From NCBI GenBank assembly GCA_000708835.1, contig DF236990.1:236173-300172 (forward strand): a stretch of 64,000 nucleotides of DNA, read 5' to 3'. The position numbers and the translations under genes were made by a program. Origin of the DNA: Klebsormidium nitens. Its lineage: Eukaryota > Plantae > Klebsormidiophyceae. The notes below the pieces were generated by a model. It did not search any database. It was given only the letters and a program-made list of their open reading frames with translations, and had not been told where the DNA came from. Below, piece by piece: positions 32,901 through 44,350 of this stretch; within the stretch, counting starts at the first letter, position 1, and each line of letters starts with the position of its first letter.

Positions 32901-35900
32901 ACGGCTGGGGTTGTTGCCAGGTCAGCAGGCCGCCACGTTGGACCAGACGCGCCAGCTGGCGGAGACGCTAAGCCAGAATAAGGACCCCAAGTTCCAGGTA
33001 CGCTGTTCGTTTGGACACTTTCGGACTCGATTTGTACAGGTTTCCGACACATGTCCAAACACGTTTCCCAAGTATTAATCCATGGCTCTGACTTTGAGGC
33101 ATTAGTTACAGCTGGCGGAGAACCTGAGCCAAACAAGGTCGATGAGTTTCAGGGACGCTCGCCGGGCGGGTTTCCGAAACGAACGCCTCTTCAGTAACCT
33201 GAAGCACAGGCATCTGAGGATATGTGCATGTCAAGCAGTTGTGGCAATGAGAGGCGCTGAAGAACGGATTGTGCCTTCACTCAGCCTGCAGAAGGAATAT
33301 TGGACCGTTAAGAAAAGGTTTTCTGAAAGCCCAGCACAGAGGTGCAGGTATTACGTGCAGAACTCCAGGTCCCTCACATTTGTGCCAAGATGAGCCGAGG
33401 CCAGTTGATAATGAGAATACCCTCTTGTCATTGGTCCCTAAAAGGAGCCCCCCGCGCTAGTTTCTGGAGGGTTTTTCGAAGAAGCAGACTTTGACACCTA
33501 CGCTCTTAAAGAACCAAGTCCGCCGATCTTTTTGCAGAACTCCAAATTCCTCCAGTTCGTGTCCAAGATGAGTCGCGGCGAGCTGATCATGGAGGACAAC
33601 GCGGTGCGCGAAGCGGCGGCAGGCGACGGGTGGGCCAACGAGTTCCAGGTACAGCAGACGAGGGGCGCCTTTGGAGGGCCACAGCAGGTGCGGGGATTGG
33701 CCTGAGGCGCTTGTCTCTGTTCATATTCGTGGGCAATCGTTCCGGAGTCTTCATGCGCTGTTGATTCTGTGTTGGATACTTCAGGTGAGTGAACGGGAAC
33801 GTCATGCGAAACCTTCCCTAAAAACGTGAACGATTAGAATTCTCGTAAGTGGTGCAACTCCAAACTGCATCTGACGTGCCACACTTGTTGAAATTCGGAC
33901 GTTGTACGCTGCAGGCGAATGACTGGGCGTCCGAATTTCACCGCGAGCAACAGCAGGATCCACAGGGCTGGGCCGACGAGTATGCACAGGAGCAGGCACA
34001 GGGCCCCAAAGACTGGGCCGACGAGTTTGGGGACCAGGTCGCAAAGGGCGCGCTCGACATCGATGAGAGTGGATGGGTGGATAGCTACAACCAGTTCCTG
34101 GACGAGAGCCGGGGGGGAGAGGCGTCTACCTCGAACATGTGAGCCGCAAGCGTTGCTAAACCGTTTTCATCCATTCCGATCCCGTGCAGCTAAAAGTAGC
34201 TGTGCTCAGACTTTTCTGCTCACGCTCGGTACAAGGGGTTTTTGGAAGCGTGTAGTGCAAATTTGAACTCACTTCTGGGTCACTTAAGTGTTTGGGAGCG
34301 GTCGCTGACAGGAGGTAACGACAGGACGTCGCAGAAGACAGCGTGATTGCAGCGCTGTCCCGTTACCTTCATGCCGCTTCTTTGCTTCCGTCGATGGTTC
34401 TTCTCAAGTCGATAACTTCCCGTCCGTTCCCTTCACAAAGTACAAGCTTTGAAAATGGGGTAAAGTAAGGGAGTGGAACAAAACCACTAGGAAGTTGTTC
34501 TACCAGTCAAGAGGTACGGCTTTTTCTTGCTCACCAGTCGTCTCTGCCTCCACAGGGACTACAAGTTCGCGGAGCAGAATCCGTACATGGGCCACCCCGC
34601 CCCGCTGCGTGAGGGTCAGGACCTTTTCCGGCGCGGGCTGCTCAGCGAAGCGGTGCTGGCGCTTGAAGCGGAGGTGCTGAAAAACCCCAACAGCTGCGAA
34701 GGGTGGCGACTGCTGGGGAATTGCCACGCGGAGAATGATGACGACCGCCAGGTATCGGGCTTGCGTTTTGGGGCTCAGCTTTCCTCATTTCTCTGACTTT
34801 TGTCGTCTTACCTTTTTCGCCTCGTCTTGCAGCCAGCTTTCGTGCTTCCATGCGATTGTTTGGCCTTCGGGGAAACGGCTTTGCAGCAATCCATCGTTTT
34901 TGAAGCATCTTAGTCCCACTTCTACTTGGTCTAGATACGCCGCCTTGTCTTCCTTCTTTCCCCTTTCCTTTGGAATACGCATGGAAACACTTTTTCCTTT
35001 TTCCTTTCTTGTTTTCAGCTATATCCAAGGGGATCGGCATTGTCGTTACTGATAAGAAACTCGGTGATGTGGCGTTAGCAAGAGCTTTCTCACCTTACGT
35101 TCCACTCGGGCTGACCTCCCCGTCACTTTCTTCAGGCGATCGCAGCCATGCTCAAGGCTCGGGAGGCCGACCCGACCAACCTGGAGGTCCTCTTGAGCTT
35201 GGGCGTAAGTCACACCAACGAACTGGAGCAACAGGAGGCTCTGGGCTACCTCCGCTCCTGGCTACAAAACCACCCGCGCTATGGGAAGCTCGTGCCACAG
35301 GACGGGTCCGCCGAAGGGCTCGGACACGAAGAGGTGAGGCGGTACAGGTTTTTGGAAGTTATTCGTTGGCAATCTGGTCTTGGACTGATGGTTCGAGGAC
35401 TATCTCAGTGCGTCGCACGCTTTTGTCGGAGCTTTGAAGCCATTCGCGGGCCGTCTCGATTGGGGAGTTGAGGATCTTTTCCAAAGCGAGGAGGCCGCTT
35501 GTGCTTATGGCGGAAACCCGCTTAAACATCAACTAGGAAGCTCCGACTGCTTAAGACAAAAGTTCCAATCTTAGATGACCGCCGGAAGATGCCGACCTGC
35601 AAATTGTGCCGGGGTTGCTCTTGACTTTAAGCTGCAAGCGCCAAAACCCATAGATTTGCAAGCTCATAGTAAGTTTAATCGCTTTGTCGTATACCCCCAT
35701 TTCAAGTTGTGCACATGTTTCTGACGGCCGTTTTGGGAAGCGCCGGACGCTAGGGTGCCGCGGGTGTTGTTCAACGTGAGCAGCGAGTATTGATAAGAAA
35801 GACGGAACATTCTTGATGCATTTTGCTTTGAATTCCCGATTTCAAATCTTTGAACCTTTGAGGTGGTCAATATGTTCCGGGCGGCCGTCCTGGAAGCGCC

Positions 35901-38103
35901 GGAAGACGCGGACCTGCACACGGTGCTCGAGCGTGCTCTTCAACCTGAGCCGCAAATGATCCCTAAAGTATAAAAATGGTCAAGCCAACAAAGTCTGAGA
36001 CTAATAATCGTCATTCTCAGGTGGTCAATATGTTCCGCGCGGCCGTTCGGGAGGCGCCGGAAGACGCGGACCTGCACACGGTGCTCGGCGTGCTGTTCAA
36101 CCTGAGCCGCGAATACGACCTCGCCATCGAGGCCTTCCGCCAGGCGCTGCAGCTCAAGCCCAAGGACTACTCGCTGGTAAGAAGGGGCAGGAACCAGAGC
36201 GGGATCTGGACTTGGATTGTGGAAGGTTGCGCTTCGTCTTTCACAGCGCTGAAGCCCAAGGGCTACTCGCTGGTGAGTTAGGGGCAGGAACTAGAGCGCA
36301 ATACGGGATCAGACCGTTGCGCAGAAGATCTTTGTTTGCAAAGTCCTTGCTCTCTTACAGCGCTGAAGCCCAAGGACTACTCGCTGGTAAGGAAATGGGC
36401 AGGAACTAGAGCGGGATACGGAATCGAGCAGAAGGTCTTTGTTTGCAAAGTCCTTTCTTACAGCGCTGAAGCTCAAGGGCTGCTCGCTGGTGAGGAGAAG
36501 GGCCGGAACCAGAGCCGAATACGGAATCAGATTGTGGAAGGAAGGTTGCACCTTTTCTTTTTATGAATTTCATGTTCTCTTACGCTGCTCAAGCCCTAGG
36601 ACTACTCGTGTGAGACGGGGGTTGGAATCGTTGTATTCCGTATCCGATGATCTAGTTGAAAAACCGAACCTTCCCGCCTACGAAGTCCTTGTCGTTGTAC
36701 TAAGAATCTCTGATTATCTAATTTTTTCTGTGGAAGCAGTGTGCATGGAACCCTCGCTGCACTTACGATGAAATCATAGGAACAAGCTGGGAAACGTTGA
36801 GGCAACGCTTTGGAACTCCTCAAAAACTTCGTTCGCTTCTGCAGTGGAACAAGCTAGGTGCGACCCAGGCCAACAGCGCGCGAAGCGCCGACGCCGTTCA
36901 AGCGTACCAGGAAGCGCTGGACCTTAAGCCCAACTACGTCCGGGCGTGGTCCAACATGGGCATCGGTTACGCTAACCAGGTAGGGTTACCATGGCATGCT
37001 CCAACATGTACGTTGGTTGCGCTAACCATGTTGTGGATGACCGCGTTTTGGGTATGCCTTTGGGCAGACTTTGCTGGGTCATTCGGTCCGGGTTACGCTG
37101 ACCGGATAAGGTTCATCAGCAATTCATGGTGATGCGGAGAAACCCAGACGGGGTTAACGCCCTTCAACGGGCTGTTGATGGAATTTAATAAGGTATTTGG
37201 GCCCTTTCCTGTGGGCGTCATTGGCCAGGCTCTTTGATGTTTGTGCGGACGCTAGATTCGGATACCCGATATCTACGGATTTATCTCGTGGATCCATTTT
37301 TCGTTCTTGTCGAGGATTGGATTCTTCACCTTTAGAATGACCCAGGGGCACGTTCCTCGTCCAATCGTTGCCCAATACTTTTGCTGAAGACACTTGCTGG
37401 CGAATCATGCGCCTCGTTTTACACAGTACTCACTGACATCTTCAGGACCGCGGCGAATGGCATCGACTAGCTTCGATAGGTCTGACGGGACGCTCAACTT
37501 TGCAGGGGCGTTACGAGGAGTCTATCCGGTACTACGTTCAAGCGCTTCAGATGAACCCGATGTCTGACAACGCCTGGAACTACCTGCGAATCTCGCTTAG
37601 GTAAGGGGCACCACTCCTCGGGCATCTCTTTGTGGAAAGAGAGGTTTTTTGCGGCCTCTTCCGCTGGTTATCTTCGCTTTGCATCTTGGTTTGACGCTTG
37701 CAAGGGTTGACGTCTTCGTACCAAGTCTGGCATGCATTGTCGGAGGCCACCGCAAACTGGCTGTCGAAGGGACACCCCTTTGGGTGAACAGATGCTGATC
37801 TTGAAGCAAGAGAAAAAACAGGGATGTGAACGAACCCGACTGTGAATTGAAAGCTTTCAAAGCGCAGCCTGATTTTGGGTCGCACTCCGTGACACGTGGA
37901 GCAGAAGGGTCATCCGGTGATCAAGTATGACCTTATTGTTTGAGGGTTTCGCAATGCGGGGCGTTGGAGGGATTTGACTTTTTCTTTTGGGCGCTGTTGA
38001 CCCAAGGACGTTTGATTTCTGCAGCTGCGCTGGGAGAATGGACATGGTGGAACTCGTGGACCGCAAAGACTTGGACGTGCTAGCAAAGGAATACCCATTG
38101 TAA
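29965..38103 (+). CDS. PEX5: Peroxisomal targeting signal 1 receptor PEX5, ~744 aa, 13 exons
   Basis: Exons 29965-30087, 30602-30920, 31636-31829, 32143-32403, 32854-32997, 33538-33648 (or 33687), 33915-34138, 34556-34751, 35136-35333, 36021-36176, 36845-36979, 37506-37600, 38025-38103 are in frame. MSLRDLVMGGAGC (conserved Cys), many WxxxF/Y motifs, PEX7-binding KFQNSKFLQFVSKMSRGE, TPRs (WNKLGATQANSARSADAV, PNYVRAWSNMGIGYANQG), C-terminus KEYPL. Confidence 0.96.
33105..33410 (+). repeat. Intronic copies of the PEX5 exon 5 end (33105-33155) and exon 6 start (33350-33410)
   Basis: cagctggcggagaacctgagccaaacaagg...tttcagggacgct versus CAGCTGGCGGAGACGCTAAGCCAGAATAAG...TTCCAG|gtacgct. gtgcag|AACTCCAGGTCCCTCACATTTGTGCCAAGATGAGCCGAGGCCAG versus ttgcag|AACTCCAAATTCCTCCAGTTCGTGTCCAAGATGAGTCGCGGCGAG. 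Confidence 0.85.
35715..36610 (+). repeat. PEX5 exon 10 flanked by two upstream exon-start copies and four downstream exon-end/donor copies
   Basis: GTGGTCAATATGTTCCG...AACCTGAGCCGC repeated at ~35863 (and degenerately at ~35715). AAGCCCAAGGACTACTCGCTG|GT repeated at ~36250, 36360, 36465 and 36585. Confidence 0.92.
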
Positions 38104-39418
38104 GGTCTCATGCGGCTATATGTAAACTCTGGCGTTGACAAAGAGTCGCCCACCCAAACAAATTATGGTATCGTGGTTGTAGGTCTAGGCAGAACACGAT
38201 CATGCTCACAAATATATATCGCAATCCGATTGGTATTCACTTTTGGGACTCCCTGAGGCACCTCGTTGTGCCAGCTTTGTGCCTATGCGTGATGAGTTAG
38301 GACGGCTGGATCTGTTCTAGTGCTATGGCGCGCCGCACATAATAAGCCCGATCGTGTTCGTTTCAATTGACAGTTTGTGATCCGTAACGCCGTGATCCAA
38401 GTGCAAGCTTGGATGGTTGCGTTGCTCGAAGTGGCATGTAATCTGCGTCGAGTCATGCTGTTCGAAAGCTCGAGACCGGACTTTCAAAATTTTGGGGCAT
38501 ACGTTTTCCAATCACAACCTGGGTCTAACGAGCTAACTTGTACGACACGAGTAGGCGGCAGCCCATGTCTGGGACGGGCCAGCGGCCCAGCAGCATTGTT
38601 GGGCGGCGTGAGTCCGTCAGAAGATCCATCGATCCGTCAGACTATCTCATGCAAACGGTTCATGATAGAGCCACTACGCTGAGTTGGACCGCGTACCTGC
38701 ATTGGTACATGGTGCCAGACGACCGCATTAAAATTGATTGATCGCACGCCGCTCGACGGCCCCGTGACCGGGCTGAGCGCTGTACTAAGATGCATGTCAT
38801 GCAGCCTGCCGGGTGCATGGGCTGCATCGCACTGCATAATTGATTCATTGCCCATTGAAATGAAGGCATTCAGTAGATTCTAAAGACCGTCGGTTTGCCT
38901 CCGCTCGCGCCGCAATGATGTGCATGGCACCCACACGTACTGACAGGTAGGCGGCAGCACACTGTGACAGCCTGAGTCATTGGCACCACGGGAGTACCAT
39001 GCATGCGCATGGCATGTCATATTTGCACATACTTTCTACAGTAACGGCCGCGTATGCAACACAGTGGCCGGTGCTAAAGGATGGTTAGGAGCATGGGCCC
39101 GCGCGACCACCAATCAGCATGTCTAGCGGACCGTCTAGCTGCTGAATTCAATTTTCGAAGGCGTGCGCGCTGCCGAACTTTGTCAGACGACTGATGTCGT
39201 TATCGAGCTAGCTAGTTGCATACGCGATTGTGGTAAGTTGTTGTTGTCCGCCTCTCATTTCCACAACATTTGAAGTTGTTAAGTCAACGCTGCGCTAAGC
39301 CAACTTATCGTGGACTTATCGAGGACGCGTTACTCAACTTACAATGCGATCATGCAAACGCAATCAAGTCACCTGATGGTGGAGACCGATGCCTATGAGG
39401 CGGGGTTTCATATTAAAC

Positions 39419-42088
39419 TCAATTAGAAACGAGTCCTTCTAGAGGATCCCCCTGTAGTTGGGGATCCTTCGCAGGCCCCTTTTCTACCGGGGCGTCTTGT
39501 ACGTTTCCCGCCGTTGCCCCCACGTTCACATTCGCGATCTGCCCTATCGTCTGCTTATTCGTCCATATCTGATACTCAGGCATGGTGACCAGCTCAAACA
39601 CCCCCCCAAACGTCTCCGTGAGCGCTTTCGCCACCGACGCCTCCGCCCCCGGTTTTAGGTTCTCGTGTTGCTCCACGGTTAGCAGCTTAACCTTGGGTAA
39701 CCAACTCAACCTGTTAAACGTGTCCTGTGTGAAAACCTCCCGCTCTGAGCCCTCGATGTCGATCTTTGCCAAATCGAACGACCCGAGGTTGAACAACTGC
39801 ACGAGGTAGTCGACGGTCACCGCCGGGAAGAAGTCGAGCGGTTCGGAACCGGCGGTCTTTGCTGCCACGTCAGCTTTCGTCACCTCTTCCACGACGTACT
39901 CCCACTCGTGGCCGCCCTCCTTGTACTTCTCGCGAATACGCAGCGCCGTGACTTTCCACCAAAGACCTGCAGAAGAAGCATTTCTAGTTTGTATGTTTGA
40001 GGATCCACGCGTTTGAGGATTCACAACCCGCTTTCATAACCTATGCGACGAATTCAATCTCTTTGAAGGGAAGCTTCCAAGTGGTCCCTTCCACTGTACT
40101 ATATCAAAGATACCAACTTCTGTCCGTCGATTATTTCCAAAAACCAATCCGACTCAACAAAGCTTGATCAAGCTGGTTCTTCAGACCGCCGTTGAAACTT
40201 TTGAAACAGCGGTGCAGAGAAGAGACATTCGCTTAATGCCCAAATCTTCATGGCCTGCAATCCACTAGAAGGTGGTTCCAGGGGCTCCAACAGAGCACCG
40301 AGATTCATTAACTTCCGTCCCAGAAATCTGCAATTTCGGCCAGTGCCAGACAGAATCAAGAGAGGCCCCACGTTGGTCTTACAAACGCAGAACTAGCTGA
40401 TTAATGCGCAAGGAGGCGGTGTCAAAGGCGATGATGTCTGCGGCCAGGGTGACCTTCGCGAAAATATTGTTCTCTTTGCCTAAAATCCAGTCAGAAGCCC
40501 ATTCCACGTTGAGAAAGTTGATGAGATGTCCAAGGCACCCCTGCAGGTCACAAGAACTATGATAGCGCTTGTGGTGGCGAGCAAGAAGGTACAATCGAAA
40601 TTTCTCCCATGCTGTATTGCTTTCAGATGATTTTGAACTGTGGGACTAGTCCGAGCATCATAACTGACTACTGGCTGTGCCCCACACCCCACTCCTCCTA
40701 GAAAAACTTAACAGAAACTGCAGAACCTCGAGCAAAGTGTCAGGCTATGTAGGCCTGTGTCTAAGTTTCAAACATCCAGCTGCGGATGCACCATTAATAC
40801 TTGAAATTGGGCTTCCAGATCGGGAACTTTTCAATGGACTCATCAAAATAAAGTCAACAACACTGTCTCCTGACCGCTTCCAAAAAGGTGCCTGATCGCA
40901 GTAACGGAACACCCAGTAGAAATCAGCAGGATCTCTCACCTGCCCTTAAGGGGATCACATTCGCAAGGTGCTTTGTGTTGCGCCGCAATTGCCGGTAGTT
41001 ATCCGTGTCCGGTTCAATCGTAATGATTGTTGCATCAGGAAACCTGAACAGGCAAGATGCAAGTTTCCATTAGAAAGAAATGCAAGAGAAGCTTCCCTTA
41101 CGCCTTGCAATTGTCGGAGCGCAGATGTATAAGGTGTGGGAGTGAACCTCGTTCGTTGCATCAGTCTGAGACAATTCAGCATTTAATCGGACAAACACAT
41201 AGAGCCCTGGTTACCATGACATCAGATTGACCAGGATTGGTCGTGACACACATACTGCAACGTCGTCTTTGTTCAAACGCACATTCACCACCACTCCAAT
41301 CTAGGGTTTCCGAGCCCTTGAGTGCCGACCGTGACTCACATCGTGCCGAAGATGAGCGCCCCAAACCCGACGTTGCCCCCGGCATCCAGGATCGTCTGCG
41401 GCGTGTAGTCCGCCAGATAGTAGTACTCCAGCTTATCAAACAGCTGCAGAACCACTTCAATGTCCGAAGTATGCGGCCGAACGTACAGTGTGACTAGGCA
41501 CTCCTCCGCCAGGCACGGAATCACGCCCGCCGCTGACACGAGCAAACACTCGACGTCCTTTGCGGGGACGTCATATAAATGCTGGCGGAGGGACTTGATG
41601 TCCCACCACTTGTAATCCCAAGAGTAGCGGTTCTCCCAAGGCTTTGAGCCGTGGGGTTGGCTCAGTAACTGCTCGACTTGGCTGTCTGGCAGACCGCACA
41701 AGTCCCCGTGCTTTCGCACACCGCTGACCGTAGCTACCTGAGTTGTTTCCAACTTTGAACGACTGCTTTCAGATCCTACGAGAGTACGGCTCGCTAAGGA
41801 GGTTTCGGGACCTGATTGAGATATGCCAGCAGCTAGCTGACTTTCAGACCCTGCCTGAGTACTTTCAGAATGAAATTTACTCCCTGATTGAATGACGTCA
41901 GCTACTGTCACCAGCTCTCTCGTGAGAGGCGACCTTGCCGACCCCTCGTTCACATAGATTACACGCTGCTTTCCTGCAGGGCCTACTACGGTTCCTAAAT
42001 AGAATAAGAAAGCACCACCTGCGATGAGAAGGAGAATGGAAATCACCGAGCTCCATGAGCCCGACTTCATGCCACTCCTTGATCTCAT
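39419..42088 (-). CDS. FkbM-family (Methyltransf_21) SAM-dependent methyltransferase with N-terminal signal anchor and Ser-rich stem, 3 exons
   Basis: Exons 41340-42088, 40940-41043 and 39419-39966 join in frame. TM segment VISILLLIAGGAFLFYLG, LYVRPHTSDIEVVLQLF, motif I ILDAGGNVG, FPDATIITIEPDTDNY, LAKIDIEGSEREVF, VEQHE. Confidence 0.85.
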
Positions 42089-44350
42089 CTTCGCTTTTGA
42101 TCAAGGTGACAGTCCTATGCACCACCAGCTACTGTAGAAGGAGTACAAACTTTTGAGGAGTGGAAACCTGCTCTCTTTTGGAGAACGGAGCCCCATTGAT
42201 GAGCTAAGTGACCTTTGAAAGGATGAGTCCTCCCAACGCTTTACACATTAAACGCTCTGACGTTACAAAAAGACTTCCGATCTGCCACAATCGGTGACTT
42301 GCTGCTTCTATGGCTTCCTTTCCCAACCTGCTGCAACGCCCCTCAATTTGGATTTGAAATGCGCCCCTGAACATGGGGCTCGAAAGCGCCTCTGCATTGC
42401 ATGTGGGCAACTGCCCCAAACTGCCCTGCCCACATGTGACAGCATCGTCAACATGCGCGGGCAGCCCTGTCGGCATGCTTCCGGTTTCCGCTGGGTTCCG
42501 CGGCCTCTCGTAGATATTATATATACGTACTTTTCTGCACGGCTTCCGGCGGTCTGAACTTAATTGGAGGAGAAACGGTATTAGGGCCTGAGGCTAAGAA
42601 GCTAGTCCACGTGATACATCGGACAGCTATAACTTAGTATAAGGACGCAAGGCACTTGACTGACGGCTGGGAAACAGTACTTTCTGAAATTCTCGGTCCC
42701 TGGATATGTCTGCAGAACGTGGGCGAAACCCGCCTAAATAAATTCACCAAGTTGGGGAACAGATGATCAGCCACGGCCCAGATGCTGAGAAAGGAGGAGG
42801 CCACTGCTGCCAGTGCTGGGCAATGGCGAAGAGAAGAATGGCTGGATGAAAACAGCTACTTTGCAGAAGTTGTAGCCCTTACGCTGTTACTAGTACCTCG
42901 GCGTTTTTGCCTGCTTGCTGCATTCCGCACAGAAGCTGCTCTGTTTTAGAGCAATGTGGAGGAAAGAACTTGCCTGACTGCGCCTCGTCTTTGGCTGACA
43001 ACCCAAGTGGGTGGGACAAGAATCCTGAAGGTGAGCCGTTTGCTTAGATTGCAACAAGAACTGTATGTCATTGGAGGGCAATTGTCCTTTGCTCAGCAGA
43101 CGTTCCTCGAAGGGCAACAAACTGATAGCACTCCTGCTTTTTCCAGATGCCTCTCTCAATATGACCCTTCAAATGTGGCTCCTGCTCAGCTATGAGATAG
43201 CGATTCTCAAATGTTGGGGTCCTTTTGAGTCCCAGTCCATCTTCTGATCTGCAGTTCAGGGCCTTTCACTTTTGGAATAAAAGGCTGAATTATGACATGG
43301 AGGTGCCGGTGGCAGGATTGGCAAGTCGCCGAGTCCTGATTGGTGGTGCATTTGACATGGTTGCACTGTGTATCGGTTTCATCGTGTTAAATGCTTTTTA
43401 CAAAGAAAATGAAGACAAGGAGAAAGAGACTGCTTTCAGCTGAAAACTTGTGTGGGACTAGTGTTTGCCTCTTGATGTCAGGACATTGGTCGGACTACTT
43501 CAAATTTGCTTGAGAGAAATAGTATGCGGCTGTCCGCTCGTTTGAAGTCAGACTTCCTGCTGTGAATGCAAGACGATAGCGCTGATATTAAGTGGACCTA
43601 AAAGCCAGACCATACAAATAAGGTCTCAAACCCCTTTCTTTGCCCTGCCTCCGCTGTAATTGGGAGCCAATTCTGTCAAGCTGATGAAGTTGCTCACATT
43701 CATCTGTTGTGTCATAGAACATTACAGGATACCTACGCTGTGCAAGCAAGAAATAGGCTGGGTTTCCTGCTGATTTGTTGGGTGCATGACCCCGGCAGGC
43801 ATCTGCTTCATTCATCGTATAACTTTTGCTCCCTCTCTCTGGATTTCTTTCCGTTTTGAAAAATGGGGGCTACCTTTATGACTGATGCAGCTTTCCAGTT
43901 CTTCTGTGCAAGGATCACTATTGAGACGTCAGGGAGAGGACGACTTCTTTGCAGAGGTTTCGGATTAGAACGTGACACATGTTCAGATTACTTGAATCAA
44001 AAGGCAACAGTGACAGGCACACAGGGGAAAGGAATGAAGCTTTCTGCATCTTAAGGAGGACTGAAAGGATCCAACAACCATTGCAGCAAAGGACCGTTCC
44101 TTTCTAACATTGATTGGCGAAGAGCCGCTTCCGATTTCCAGGTCTAATATCATTGGCAGTCTCTTCCAGGTCTTGAGGGCTTCTTTTCTACCTGCCGGCA
44201 TAGAAGTGTAACATTGACACCGGGCACCCCCGGGAGCGAAAGGCGGGCTTCTTCTGAGTTGGCGGACAACAGTGTACCTGAGCTGCAGACTGCATGGAGA
44301 GAGCTTAGCCCAATTCTCCCCGTCACTTCTGGCGAGAACAGAGTTCTAAG

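Noticed and set aside
36245-36610. CRISPR-like repeat-spacer appearance
   Set aside because: The units are degenerate whole-unit duplications of a PEX5 exon end, with no unique spacers or cas genes, in eukaryotic context.
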